Position numbers and translations under genes: made by a program. From an uncultured Gammaproteobacteria bacterium (GTDB lineage Bacteria; Pseudomonadota; Gammaproteobacteria; JACCXJ01), in assembly GCA_963764725.1 (NCBI GenBank), contig CAVXTM010000018.1, forward strand, positions 576,001 to 640,000: DNA of 64,000 nucleotides, in the 5' to 3' direction. The notes under the pieces were generated by a model that was given only the letters and a program-made list of their open reading frames with translations, searched no databases and was not told the DNA's origin. This document shows positions 1 through 11,235 of the stretch, piece after piece. Position 1 is the first letter of the stretch; each line of letters begins with the position of its first letter.

Positions 1-1518
1 TCGGACAAGACCGGCACGATCACCGAAGGAAGGCTGCGTCTGACCCATTCTTACCCTGCACCTGTCTTGGACCGCGAACGGTTGCTGGCGATCGCGGCCT
101 ACGCGTCTCGATTCGAAAGCGGAGACCCTCTCGACCTCGCTATCCTCGAGGCGGCAGCCCCTGCGACAGACCTGCTGGAACGGCTCGCGACCTTCCCTTT
201 CACAGAGGATCGCGGATGCGAAACCGCCATCGTGCGTAGCAAGAACGGACAGCTCGTGGCCGCGGTTAAAGGCGTCCCCGAGAAACTTCTGTCGATGTCG
301 TCTTTGACACCTGGCCAACACGACGCATGGGTAGGGCTCGTCGAGAAGCTCGCCGCGAGCGGCCATAAGGTCATCGCTTGCGCATGGCGGGACCTGGAGC
401 CCAGTGCCCGAGTTGAGGAGGAACCGGATGGAGGGTTCATCTTCGCGGGGCTGCTCGCCTGCGAAGATCCGCCACGCGAGGGGGTGGCAGAGGCCGTCGC
501 TGATTGTCGCAGAGCGGGCATCCGTATTTTTATGGTCACCGGTGATCATCCCGCGACGGCGCGCGCTATTGCGCGGGAGGTAGGTTTGGGGGGCCGCGCC
601 CCTAAGGTCGTACGCGCCGACGACTTCTGCCGACAGCTCACGGCGGGTAGCGAGGCGCTGAAAGGCATCGACGTGATCGCTCGTGCCCTGCCCTCGCAAA
701 AGCTGGCGCTCATTCGCGCCTTGCAGTCGCAGGGGGAGATCGTGGCGGTGACGGGGGACGGCGTCAACGATGTCCCCGCGCTGCAGGCCGCGGACGTCGG
801 TATCGCGATGGGCGAGCGCGGCACGCGCAGCGCGCGCGAGGTATCGGCGATCGTGCTGCTCGACGACAATTTTCGCACGATCGTGCAGGCGATCGGAGAG
901 GGGCGTCAGCTCTTTGCCAATCTGCGCCTGAGCTTCGCCTATCTCCTCATGATCCATATTCCGCTCGTGCTTACCGCGGCGCTCATCCCGTTCGCTGGTT
1001 TCCCGCTCCTGTACCTGCCTTTGCACATCGTGTGGCTTGAGCTCATCATCCACCCAACCGCCCTCCTCGTATTCCAGGGGCTGCCGGGTAGAGACCGGCT
1101 CTGGGCTATTCGGGAGCGACACCGCTTGCGTTTTTTCGGTCCTAAGGAATGGTGCATCATCGGAGCGGTCGGCGTGCTCCTCACCTTTATGGTGGCAGGA
1201 GGATATGAGCGCAGCCTCGGCATGGGGCGCGATGTCGAGCATGCACGGGCGATGGCGCTCGCCGTCCTCACGGTGGCGAGCGCGATGCTGACCGCAAGCC
1301 TGAGCCGACTGCAAAGCGCTACCGCGTGGCTTACGGTGGCGATAACGCTCGCGATCTCGATCCTTCTGGTCCAGACGCCAGCATTTGCGACGCGCTTGCA
1401 CCTCGTCCCGCTGCATCTCGACGATTGGGCCACTGCCATGCTCGGCGGCCTGCTTGCCGCTGCGCTACCCTTTTTCGCCTGGGATCGATCACCACGCAAG
1501 CGGTCGCCTTGTGATTAG
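1..1518 (+). CDS. Cation-transporting P-type ATPase, 5' end outside window
   Basis: Frame 1 opens SDKTGTITEG (phosphorylation motif); TGDHP, GDGVNDVPAL and C-terminal TM helices follow. Confidence 0.93.
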   Translation, partial: SDKTGTITEGRLRLTHSYPAPVLDRERLLAIAAYASRFESGDPLDLAILEAAAPATDLLERLATFPFTEDRGCETAIVRSKNGQLVAAVKGVPEKLLSMSSLTPGQHDAWVGLVEKLAASGHKVIACAWRDLEPSARVEEEPDGGFIFAGLLACEDPPREGVAEAVADCRRAGIRIFMVTGDHPATARAIAREVGLGGRAPKVVRADDFCRQLTAGSEALKGIDVIARALPSQKLALIRALQSQGEIVAVTGDGVNDVPALQAADVGIAMGERGTRSAREVSAIVLLDDNFRTIVQAIGEGRQLFANLRLSFAYLLMIHIPLVLTAALIPFAGFPLLYLPLHIVWLELIIHPTALLVFQGLPGRDRLWAIRERHRLRFFGPKEWCIIGAVGVLLTFMVAGGYERSLGMGRDVEHARAMALAVLTVASAMLTASLSRLQSATAWLTVAITLAISILLVQTPAFATRLHLVPLHLDDWATAMLGGLLAAALPFFAWDRSPRKRSPCD

Positions 1519-2171
1519 AGAGGTTGCCGGGGGCCTCGGGTGGATCTTCCTCTATGAAGGACAGCGAAGATTCAGCATAACACCTTGAATGTTTGAGCAC
1601 TAATCGCGGGTTGACGGAAACGGTTTACTGCCTAGGCCGCACGATTGAGAAGGAGATCCCGCGACGTGAGCCAGGATTAATTTAGAACGCATCGCGGCAC
1701 TGCGTTGGCGGCCTAGACCGAGCAGCAAAGCTGTAAGGGCTCCAGCGTTTTGAAATCAACTCATGCACGGGATGATCTGCGACGACTTCCATCGACATGT
1801 TTCCTTCCCCTTCCCCTGTTTATAGTTCAATCTGAGGCCGCGGCCATAAGGACCGCGCCAGACGGCGAAGCGGTTGGTGTCGGCTGCAGCAAGCGCTAGC
1901 TCCGCGGGCCGCGCGCACAATACTCCGGTTACGCGCCGTCTTCAAACCAAATACTTCCCCCCGCGTCGATATCGGGGATCAGCCTCAGATCGTCTGGAGT
2001 GGTGTCTGGCCGCCCCTCCGGCACGTTCGCCACGATGATGCCGATGAACGGCTTACGCGGCCCGAATGGTGAAACGGAGAAACCTAACGGTAATGGCCAG
2101 AAGACCCGAAGAACCAGCAAGCGGCCGCCGGAGTCTCTGAGGCCCCAGGCTCATACCAGCAGCTTCACCCC

Positions 2172-2957
2172 CTAAATGTCCTTCCAGAACCTAAAATCGT
2201 TGGTCTCGATGTCGTGCAACGTCGGCATAGGAAAGTAACGGTACTTGTCCTGGCTCGTGAACATGAACCCATGCCGGATCATCTTGAACGAAATCTGATC
2301 CAACGGGCAGAACAACGCCAACCCCTTTGTCTTCTGCTCGGGCTTGCTCTTCATGTGCAGGATCGCGTCGCGCAGCTTTGAAGGATGCAGGAACGGGAAT
2401 GGCGCCTGTCTGAAGGGATTCTTCTCGAAGTTGTCGATGAACTCATCCACGTTGAGATCGATCTGGGTGTAGAACAGCTTGGGGCAGCCCTTGGGATTGC
2501 CGGGCTGGGTGATGAACTTGCCGAACTCGACCATGTCGTAGGGACTCATGACGAGCATGGACAGGGGCGCGATCTCGGCGAAGGTTCGCAGGAAGCCGGT
2601 ATGGAGGACCTTGTCGTATTCCTTGGGTTTGATCTCGAGGACATGGGCTTCCGCGGTCGAGAGATAGAGGGCCTTGATGCAGTCGAAATCCATATGCTCC
2701 GTCACGCGGTAGGAGCAGATGAACTTGGTATGCTTGGGCGTGCCGTCCTCGTGGGGAATCAGGCGCTCCAGGCTGCCGTCGATGTCAAAATAGGGATGGC
2801 GGAAATTGATGTCGATATCGGCAAACACCAGCTTACCCGAATAATGCCGGATAGAGCCGATCAGGTAGTGGCGCGCGAAGGCCTCCGGCGCCAATTGGGA
2901 GGCGACGAGGGCCTCGTTGGGATATAGGATCTGGTAGAGCCGGTTTTCGTATTGCAT
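2172..2957 (-). CDS. Hypothetical protein (261 aa)
   Basis: Long ORF with coding-like codon use; starts right after the stop of the hppA fragment. Confidence 0.8.
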   Translation of the reverse strand: MQYENRLYQILYPNEALVASQLAPEAFARHYLIGSIRHYSGKLVFADIDINFRHPYFDIDGSLERLIPHEDGTPKHTKFICSYRVTEHMDFDCIKALYLSTAEAHVLEIKPKEYDKVLHTGFLRTFAEIAPLSMLVMSPYDMVEFGKFITQPGNPKGCPKLFYTQIDLNVDEFIDNFEKNPFRQAPFPFLHPSKLRDAILHMKSKPEQKTKGLALFCPLDQISFKMIRHGFMFTSQDKYRYFPMPTLHDIETNDFRFWKDI

Positions 2958-2958
2958 G

Positions 2959-3190
2959 ATCAGAGACCCCAGAAGAGTTTCAGCGTGGGGGCGATGACCA
3001 CCGACATAACGCCCATCAGCTTGATCAGGATGTTCAAGGAAGGCCCGGCGGTGTCCTTGAAGAGATCGCCCACCGTGTCTCCGACAACCGCGGCCTTGTG
3101 GGCGTCCGAGCCCTTACCCCGCCGACTCCGCTTTCGATGGTCTTCTTAGCGTTGTCCCAGGCACCGCCGGTGTTGCTCATGAATATAGCG
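2959..3190 (-). pseudogene. hppA: C-terminal fragment of membrane H+/Na+-translocating pyrophosphatase, one frameshift
   Basis: Reads [13 protein letters not shown]...[34 protein letters not shown]; frameshift in a G-run. Confidence 0.88.
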
Positions 3191-3267
3191 AATGCCACGC
3201 CGGACGGAGAATACGAATTTTAATAGCCCTCCTCGGGAGCGAAAGATACGACTGAACCTGTCAGGTG

Positions 3268-3660
3268 TCAAACACGTGTATTCGGCCAATACATTCTGCA
3301 CTGTGTATGTGGAAGAGATGATGCCACAACCGATGCGGGAGTGTTCAGTCCCAGGGCATGATGAGGGCGTTGGGTGTTGTACCAGAGCAGCCAGTCAAAG
3401 AGTTTGTCGTTGAATGCCTTGAGATCGGTGAACAGGAGCTCTTCGTGGTAGTCGAGAAACTCATCTTGCAGCGTGCGATTGAAGCGCTCACAGCGCGCGT
3501 TCATTTTGGGTGTTCTCGGGAACGTATGCCATTGGGGGATCCCTGCGGCGTGGGCGGCCTTGGCGAACTGTCCGGCGAACTACGAGCCGTTATCATGAAG
3601 TGCGTGCTCGATACGCATCGGCAACACCGCAATGGTCTTGCTCATGTGGCGGCCAGGTAC
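3268..3660 (-). mobile_element. Integrase-core (IS481-like) transposase remnant
   Basis: HDNGS*F...TPKMNARCERFNRTLQDEF...YNTQRPHHAL with an in-frame stop. Confidence 0.8.
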
Positions 3661-3756
3661 AAAGCCGCCCTGCGCATCTTCGCCGAGACTTGCAGTTCCT
3701 TTCCGACGGCTACGCTGAGCCTGTGTGCCCGCCAAACCAGCGGTCGTCGTCAACGG

Positions 3757-4896
3757 CTAGGCTGATGCCAGCTCACGGCGAAACCCCACTGACTCAGCAA
3801 CTCGGCTCATGGGAAGGGCGGCGCTCCAGACTGTAGACGGGAGCGGCAATTGTGCCGTCGTGGCGCCGTCTGCAGACAAGAGGCGAGCGTAGGCCTCCTC
3901 GTACGCGTCCGTCATGGCCTCGGCGGAGAAATAGCGTTCCACCCTGAAGCGACAGTCTGCGCGGTTCAGGCGAGCGACGTCCTGAACGGCCCTCACCATC
4001 TCATCCACATTGTCGCAAACGAACCCCGTCAAGCCGTGCTCGATGACCTCGGGAACTGACCCAGCGCGCAATGCTATGACGGGCGTCCCGGTCGCCATTG
4101 CTTCGACCATGGTCAACCCGAAGGGCTCCGGCCAATCTATGGGAAACAGGTAGGCGTAGGCGTGTCCGAGCAGTTCATCCTTCTGCTTCTCATCTACTTC
4201 ACCGACGTATTCGACCCAGGGCGAGCGACGAATCAGCGGCTCGATTTCCGTCATGTAGTAGTCGCGGTCAACCGGGTCGACCTTCGCGGCGATAACGAGT
4301 CTCATTCCGGCGCGGCCAGCGACCTCGATTGCTCGGTCTGGGCGCTTCTCCGGGTTAATTCGTCCGAGGAAGACGAGGTAGTCTCCAGGCCGCTCACGGA
4401 ACCGGAAGTGATCCAGCGCGATGCCGTTATAGACGGTGGAAAGCCAGTGAGCGACGGGAAAATAGGCCTGCTGAGCCGCGCTGATCGAGATGAGCGGCTG
4501 TTCGGGGAAACGCGTGTAGGTGGCGCGAATCTCGGCCAAGTCCAGGCGCCCATGAGTCGTAGAAAGGGTCGGGGTGGACGAAATGCGGGCAAACGGAAAG
4601 GCGAGCCAGTCGACGTGGTTGTGGATGAGATCGAAATCATCGGCCTTCTCATAGACCTGGGCCAGCTCGAGCAGTACCGATGCCGTCGGCAGGAGGTCAT
4701 CTCCATGAAGTCGCAACGATTTCGGAGTGCAGGCCACAAGCTCAGCGCTGGTCTGTGAGTCGCCGCTCGCGAAGAGAGTCACCAGGTGACCTCTCTTAAC
4801 CAGCTCCTCCGTCAAGACTGAGACAACTCGTTCCGTGCCGCCGTAGCGCTGCGGCGGAACCGCCTCGACCAATGGTGCAATCATCGCAATCTTCAT
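3757..4896 (-). CDS. Glycosyltransferase family 4
   Basis: VPPQRYGGTERVV, FLGRINPEK, EPFGLTMVEAMATGTPV. Confidence 0.92.
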   Translation of the reverse strand: MKIAMIAPLVEAVPPQRYGGTERVVSVLTEELVKRGHLVTLFASGDSQTSAELVACTPKSLRLHGDDLLPTASVLLELAQVYEKADDFDLIHNHVDWLAFPFARISSTPTLSTTHGRLDLAEIRATYTRFPEQPLISISAAQQAYFPVAHWLSTVYNGIALDHFRFRERPGDYLVFLGRINPEKRPDRAIEVAGRAGMRLVIAAKVDPVDRDYYMTEIEPLIRRSPWVEYVGEVDEKQKDELLGHAYAYLFPIDWPEPFGLTMVEAMATGTPVIALRAGSVPEVIEHGLTGFVCDNVDEMVRAVQDVARLNRADCRFRVERYFSAEAMTDAYEEAYARLLSADGATTAQLPLPSTVWSAALPMSRVAESVGFRRELASA

Positions 4897-5110
4897 TAAC
4901 CTCTCTGCCTCCCTGCGCCTCTAACGCGCACTCTACGAACCGAATTTTGCTGGACCACACAGTCCTCGTCAGGTCTCTTCTCGAGTGGTGCAAGGCTGGA
5001 TTGCCAATTGTGTGATAAGCCCAAACCCAACGACCGAAATTCAATTCTCGGCGTTCCCCGCCCGGAATTGGGCAGGGAACACCCTAAGCTCGCCTACCCT
5101 CGAACCCAAA

Positions 5111-5764
5111 TCATGCCTCGACGCGAATATTATCGACAACCTTTATGACGCCAGGAGCCGACCACGCCGCCTCTTCAACTGCGTCGCGCTCGTACCACGT
5201 ATGTACTCGCCCGGATAGCGTAACTGTGGTGTCGCTTGACGTGACCTCGATGTGGGATGCTTCGAGTTCGGCGTTGCGTTTCAGTGCCTGCTCTATCTTC
5301 TGTTTCACTTCGAACGGCTTGACGCTGGGCTTGATCGCGATGTTGTTAAGCACCGAGCGGACACCCAGGATCGCGCGGGCGTTCCGTTCGGCCAGATCCT
5401 TCTGATATTGCCAGTCAACGTCGCCGTATACGGCCACCTGTCCCTTCTCGACTTCGACCTTGAGACGGTCAAACGGCAGCCCCGCAGTCCATCGAAAGGT
5501 ATTCAGAATGCTCGCTGCAATATCTGCGTCTGACCGTTCAGCCGATGACGGAAGCTTGACCTCAACCTCCTGAACAATTGCGTGCACGCCCTTCACCCGC
5601 CGCGTTGCCACCTCGGCAGCATGCTTCTCCATAAAACTGCTTACGTGCCCGCTGAGAGTCACAATGCCATTCTCAACTGCGACGCCGATGTGCGCGGCTT
5701 TTACGCTTGGTGCCCACTCGAGTTCGGCAAGGACATCTTTCTGGAGCTGCTTGTCGTCTTTCAT
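5111..5764 (-). CDS. Three-BON-domain (OsmY-like) protein
   Basis: Repeated GIVTLSGHV / VTLSGRV...AWSAPGV units; GGAGG RBS. Confidence 0.92.
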   Translation of the reverse strand: MKDDKQLQKDVLAELEWAPSVKAAHIGVAVENGIVTLSGHVSSFMEKHAAEVATRRVKGVHAIVQEVEVKLPSSAERSDADIAASILNTFRWTAGLPFDRLKVEVEKGQVAVYGDVDWQYQKDLAERNARAILGVRSVLNNIAIKPSVKPFEVKQKIEQALKRNAELEASHIEVTSSDTTVTLSGRVHTWYERDAVEEAAWSAPGVIKVVDNIRVEA

Positions 5765-5819
5765 AAAAACCTCCTAATTATCAATTCGCAAAGAATGGCA
5801 CTCGGGGCGGTACGACATA

Positions 5820-5833
5820 TTGATCTAGATCAA
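5820..5833. promoter_or_regulatory. FNR/FixK-type binding site
   Basis: Perfect TTGAT-CTAG-ATCAA upstream of the BON gene. Confidence 0.8.
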
Positions 5834-6059
5834 ACAACAAGCGCATGACTGTGTGGAAGCACACGCATGCACCTCTAACTCGTGTAGAGTGCAAGAAGTC
5901 TCCGATGCGCCTCTTGCCCGGGTTCAAATCCTTGTTGCTCTGCCGCAAAATAGGCCGCCCCAGCTCGCACCGTACGCGTATGACTAAGGGGCACACAAAA
6001 ATCAGACCGCCGGCCCTAATCGAAGTTTGACGCATCGCCCCTGCGCCGCTCATGCGAAC

Positions 6060-9000
6060 TCATTTTCCGGAAGTACCGAGCTTGAAAACACGCGTGCTGC
6101 CGCCGGCGAATTCGTGCACCTCGTCGCTCAATCCCAGACGGATTGGCGCGGCCGCGCGTTCGCGTCCGCGCACCGTGAGCGTGTCGCGCGTGAGCCGCAG
6201 CTCGAGAGAGTGCCCGCGATAGCGGATGCGCATGTCGAGGCGCTTCATCTCCTCCGGCAATTGCGGATTGAGCCGCAGGACATCCCCGGTTACTTCGATA
6301 CCCGTCGATACCCGCTTCACCAGATCGACCGTTCCCGCCATTGCGCCGAGATGCACGCCCTCGGCAGTGGTGCCCTGCTGAATGTCGCTCACATCGCTTT
6401 GCAGCGCCTCGGCGAAGAATTTCATCGAGCGCGGCCGATCCGAGCGTGCCAATACCCACGCATGTACCACACGTGACAGCGTGGATCCGTGCGACGAGCG
6501 GCCGTCGTAGTAGGCAACGTTCCGCGAAATGGTCTCGGGTTCGAATGGATATTCCAGATGCTTGAACAATTCGCCGAGCTCCTCGGCGGAAAACAGATAG
6601 AACAGCATCAGCACGTCGGCCTGCTTCGTCAGCTTGTAGCGGTTCGCGCTATCGTTCTCCGCTTCGAGTATGAGGTCCAGGCGCTGGATGTTGCCGTAGC
6701 GCATCCGGTAATCCTCCCAATTCAGCTCGGCGAGCTTCTCGAAGCCCTCGAACTGGCTGATGATCCCGTCGCAATGAAACGGCACGAACATTCTGCGGCT
6801 GATATCGTCCCAGCGCGCGGTCTCTTCCGCCGACAATCGAAGCCGCGTCATGAGGTCGGCGCGGCGTATATCGGGGAGCACGTCCAGCACCTCCAGCGCC
6901 CGGCGCAGCACCCAAACGGCCATGATGTTGGTGTAGGCGTTGTTATCGAGGCCGGGCGCCGGTGCATCGGGATAGCGCTCGTGAAACTCGTCGGGGCCCA
7001 TCACTCCGCGGATCTCGTAGCGCCCCCGTTCGTCATTGAAGCTAGCGATGCTCGACCAGAAGCGGGCGATATCGAGGATCAGCTCGGCACCGTAGAACTG
7101 CATGAATTCGACGTCGTTGGTGACCTGGAAGTATTGCCAAACGTTGTAGGCGACGGCGCTGCCTACGTGACGCTGCAGGTAAGAATTGTCGGGCACCCAG
7201 CGCTGCGAGCGATCGTTCAGGTTGAGCTCCTGCGTTTCCTCCTGTCCATCACTGCCGCTTTGCCACGGAAACATGGCGCCCTGGAACCCGGCGCTGCGTG
7301 CTGCGGCGCGCGCCTCGCCGAGGCGCCGGTAGCGATACATGAGCAGCGACCGGGTGATCTCGGGCATCCGATAATTGAGAAACGGAAAGATGAAAAGCTC
7401 ATCCCAGAAGATATGGCCCTGGTAGGCCTCCCCGGTCCAACCGCGCGCGGGCACGCCGATATCGAGCCCGATCGAATTGGGCGATACCGCCTGCAGCAGA
7501 TGAAACATGTTTAACCGGAGCAGCATGGGCACATTCAGCTCGAATCCGGGACCTGCAGGCTGCATGTGCACGTCGAAGCGGCGCCACAGGTGCTTCCAGG
7601 CAAGGACATGTTCCGCCATCACGGCTTCGAAGGATCGTACGCTCGCGATCGCCTTGCGCGCCGCGAGCCCGCATTCGGAGATTGCGCGATCGCGCGAGGT
7701 ATGGAAAGAGGCTACTCTTCTCCAGCACCAGCGTTTCGCCTTGCGCGAGCTCGACGCCGAGCTCCTGCCCGATGTATCCCGGTTCGTCGATAATCCGGCG
7801 CGAAGTCTCGCGCAACTCGCCTTTGACGAACACTTGCGTTCGCGCCGCTTGCGCGACATGAACATTCGATTGGCAGGTGCGCACCAGCAGATACACGCCG
7901 TCCTCGCCGACCGCCTCGCCCGCAAGCGGCACCAGGTGCTCATTGTTGAATTTCCGATAGAGCTTCGCGCCCGCGTTGACGATGCGCCCATCGATTGCCG
8001 AGCGGACCGTGACGGGTGCGGACCAGTTTTCGGCGCTCAGCGTCAATTCCAGCGCGCAAAGGTGCATGTCGGCCATCGAGACCAGCCGCCGCTCCCGGAG
8101 CGTACTACGCCGCCCCTTGCCGTCTTCGAATCCGACCATCCGCAACAGCAGGCCGCGGCGCAGATCGAGCTCCTGGCGGTAGGACAGGATCCTGACCGCA
8201 CGTTCATCGAACCAGTCCTCGTCCGCGATGCGAAACGCGAGCGCGAGCCAGTTCGGAAAGTTCACGAGGTCTTCGTTCTCAACCATCCGGCCGGCAATAT
8301 CGGTGCGCAGCCGGTTGTAACCACCGGCTAGGTAGGTGCCGGGATAGTGGATGTCGTCGGCCCGCGCCCAGGCGGCTGCCCCGCGCGTTTCGAAATAACC
8401 GTTTCCGAGCGCGCAGAGCGCTTCGCGCATGCCTTCGCGCGCGCAGTCGAAGTTCTCGTACACCAATGACCATGCGGACGGCGGCTCCGCTGCCAAGCGG
8501 ACCTGCGCGAGGCTGGTCACCACCACATCGGCGCCGGCCTCGCGCAAGGCCTGCGATTGACCGCCGCGATCGACACCGATGACGCAGCCAAACCGGCCCG
8601 CGCGTCCTGCTTCGACACCGGCGATCGCGTCCTCCACGACCACCGCGCGCGACGGCTCTGCATTGACGCGCCGCGCACCCTCGAGGAACGCATCCGGCGC
8701 AGGCTTTCCCTCAAGACCCAGGCGGGTGATGTCCTTGCCGTCCACACGCGCGTCGAACAGATGGGAAATGCCGGCCGCCTCGAGCACCGCTGCGCAGTTG
8801 TTGCTGGAGGACACGACCGCAGTCCGGATCTCCTGCTCCTTGAGCGTACGGACCAGCGCGATCGAAGCTTCATAAGGCTCGATGCCATGCTGCTCAAGGT
8901 GTTGCCGGAAATACCCGTCCTTTAGCTTGCCCAGCGCATGCACACTCTGCGCGTCCGGACCGTCTTCAGGTGTGCCGAGCGGCAATGCAATCCCGCGCGC

Positions 9001-9250
9001 TTCGAGGAAGGCTGCCACGCCATCGTAGCGAGGCTTGCCGTCGAACATAGCGCCGGTAGTCAACATCGATGTCGAAGGGGATGAACGGTTCGCCGGTGTC
9101 GCTCGCGCGCTGCTCGAGGAAAGCGTCGAAGAGCTTCTTCCAGGCGGCCGCATGCACGCTCGCGGTTTTGGTCAATACGCCGTCGAGGTCGAACAACACT
9201 GCGTCGTAATCCCGCGGCGAGAGCGTGACGACCGCGCCTGTGCCGCTCAT
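6060..9250 (-). pseudogene. Beta-phosphoglucomutase-family HAD hydrolase fused to glycoside hydrolase family 65, two frameshifts
   Basis: [19 protein letters not shown], then ALGNGY, GEAYQGHIFWDE, GPDEFHE, KQADV across three overlapping ORFs; may be sequencing error. Confidence 0.87.
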
Positions 9251-9734
9251 GGCCGACCGGTAGCCTGCTCTGCGCCGATCAGGTGCATCTTTCGCAACGT
9301 TAGCTCGCCGAATGGCAGCATGCGACATGCCTCAAATGGGATGATCGGAAAAATGCGAGGGCTGCACAGCCTTACCATAACATCTACCCTCCTGATCGTC
9401 AGCGATCCGAGGGTATAAATTCTTTCACCGTGGACTTCTTTGCATTTAGCAAAGAAGTTTCGTCTGCCATTTGGTTGCGGCCGGAGGGCGCGCTAGGAAA
9501 AATAAGAGCCCTTTTTCGCCGACAAGAAAAGTACTGCTGGGCTAGGGAGGTGTCAAAGAGGCAAGTCCTCGGTGTCTTTCCCGAATATCCGTATCCAGAC
9601 GAGCAATCGATCGTTAAATACATCGTGAAGGGCAAAGTAAACAAGCTGTTTTTCGACGGATCTGGCCTCCGAAGAGAATGCAGTGTGTTTTATCGAAGCC
9701 TTTGTCGAGCGGTTGCCATTAGGCACAGTCGGAT

Positions 9735-10010
9735 TGATTCGCGGGGGCTGGCAGCGACGGAGCGTCCCGGTTATCATCCGGGGATGCTACTGAAGCGGTA
9801 CATCTATGGATATCTCAATCGGGTGTGTTCCAGTCGACTATTGGAGCGAGAGAGTTACTGAAACGGCTGGCCCCCGACTTTAAGACCATTGCGGAGTTCC
9901 GGTGGGCGAATAGCACTGCGATCGTGGGAGCACGTCGGGGGTTCATGCTGTTGTGTCGTGAGCTTGACCCATTTGGCGGTGAGTTAGCCGTCATTGACGG
10001 CAGCAAGTAA
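9735..10010 (+). mobile_element. IS1182-family transposase N-terminal remnant
   Basis: RPGYHPGMLLKRYIYGYLNRVCSSRLLERE...LAPDFKTIAEFR...AVIDGSK. Confidence 0.8.
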
Positions 10011-10021
10011 TAAGGCACGGA

Positions 10022-11203
10022 ATGGCAGAAAAAAATAACACGCTAGCATTGGCCGCCAGCGGTGGAGGCGCTAGGGCCGCGTATCAAGTAGGATTTCTGC
10101 GGTGGCTCGGGGAACATTACCCCGATCTCGATATACCGATCTTGACTGGGGTCTCGGCCGGGGCTATCAACACGGCCTATCTGGCCAATCACCAAGGGAC
10201 GTTCGGAGAGAAGGTCAAACACCTAGCGGCGGTCTGGGAGGCGCTTACCATAGATCACGTTTTTCGAGTCAACGCCGGGTCTATTGCAGGTCACGTCGCC
10301 CGTTGGAGCATGCGCCTGCTGATGGGGAAGGCTTCGCAACTCATGGAGACCCGTAGCCTGGTCAACGCGTCTCCGTTGCAGGCTTTATTGGAGCAGGTAT
10401 TGAAGCCGGTGTCGGGTGTGATGGTGGGCATTCGCGAGAATCTTTTAGAGGGCCGCCTGCGTGCGGTTGCCATTACGGCATCGAATTATTCTACCGGCCA
10501 GGCAGTAACTTGGGTGCAGGGGATAAATTTAGTGCCCTGGACACGCGCCCACCGTAAGGGCATCCCCTGCACGCTATGCTTAGATCATGTGTTAGCCTCT
10601 GCCTCGGCACCGCTTTTCTTCCCGGCCGTGAATATCGGCGGATGCTGGTACGGTGATGGGGGCATCAGAATGACTGCACCGCTGTCGCCGGCGGTGCACC
10701 TGGGTGCCGATCGCATTTTGGCAATTTCGACAAAATATGCGCCGTCCAGCGAGGAAGCCGATTGTCCCACTATCAACGGCTATCCACCTCCCGTGCAAGT
10801 GATCGGTGCCCTGTATAATGCGCTCTTCCTCGATGTTTTTGATTACGATGCCTTGCGTATCGAACGTATCAACTCGCTGGTGAAGCAGGTACCCCTCGAC
10901 AAGCGGGGTGGTTTGCGTTGTGTGGACCTGTTGCTACTGAGGCCCTCACACGATCTGGGTAAGCTTGCGAATACCTACGAGTCCGAGCTTCCAAGGGCCT
11001 TCCGTTTCATGACCCGAGGTTTGGGCACGCAAAAGACCCGATCGAACGATATCTTAAGCGTATTGATGTTTCAGCCAGATTACCTGAGACGGTTACTGGA
11101 CTTGGGATATGCGGATGCGGAGACGCGCCGCGAGGAAATCGCCGCGTTCTTTGCGAAAAGCTCGTTGTGCCCAGATCCGGCAACTAATCATGAGAGGATC
11201 TAG
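10022..11203 (+). CDS. Patatin-like phospholipase
   Basis: SGGGARAAYQ, GVSAG, DGG motifs. Confidence 0.92.
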   Translation: MAEKNNTLALAASGGGARAAYQVGFLRWLGEHYPDLDIPILTGVSAGAINTAYLANHQGTFGEKVKHLAAVWEALTIDHVFRVNAGSIAGHVARWSMRLLMGKASQLMETRSLVNASPLQALLEQVLKPVSGVMVGIRENLLEGRLRAVAITASNYSTGQAVTWVQGINLVPWTRAHRKGIPCTLCLDHVLASASAPLFFPAVNIGGCWYGDGGIRMTAPLSPAVHLGADRILAISTKYAPSSEEADCPTINGYPPPVQVIGALYNALFLDVFDYDALRIERINSLVKQVPLDKRGGLRCVDLLLLRPSHDLGKLANTYESELPRAFRFMTRGLGTQKTRSNDILSVLMFQPDYLRRLLDLGYADAETRREEIAAFFAKSSLCPDPATNHERI

Positions 11204-11235
11204 TCTATTCGTGACCTAACCATGGAGTAATCCTC

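Noticed and set aside
1825-1900. attC-like left arm on minus strand (GCTAGCGCTTGCTGCAGCCGAC)
   Set aside because: No matching right arm or GTT core.
1929-2168. Minus-strand ORF with in-frame TGA (VKLLV*AWG), possible selenoprotein
   Set aside because: No redox motif or convincing SECIS; it abuts the previous stop and looks like a fragment junction.
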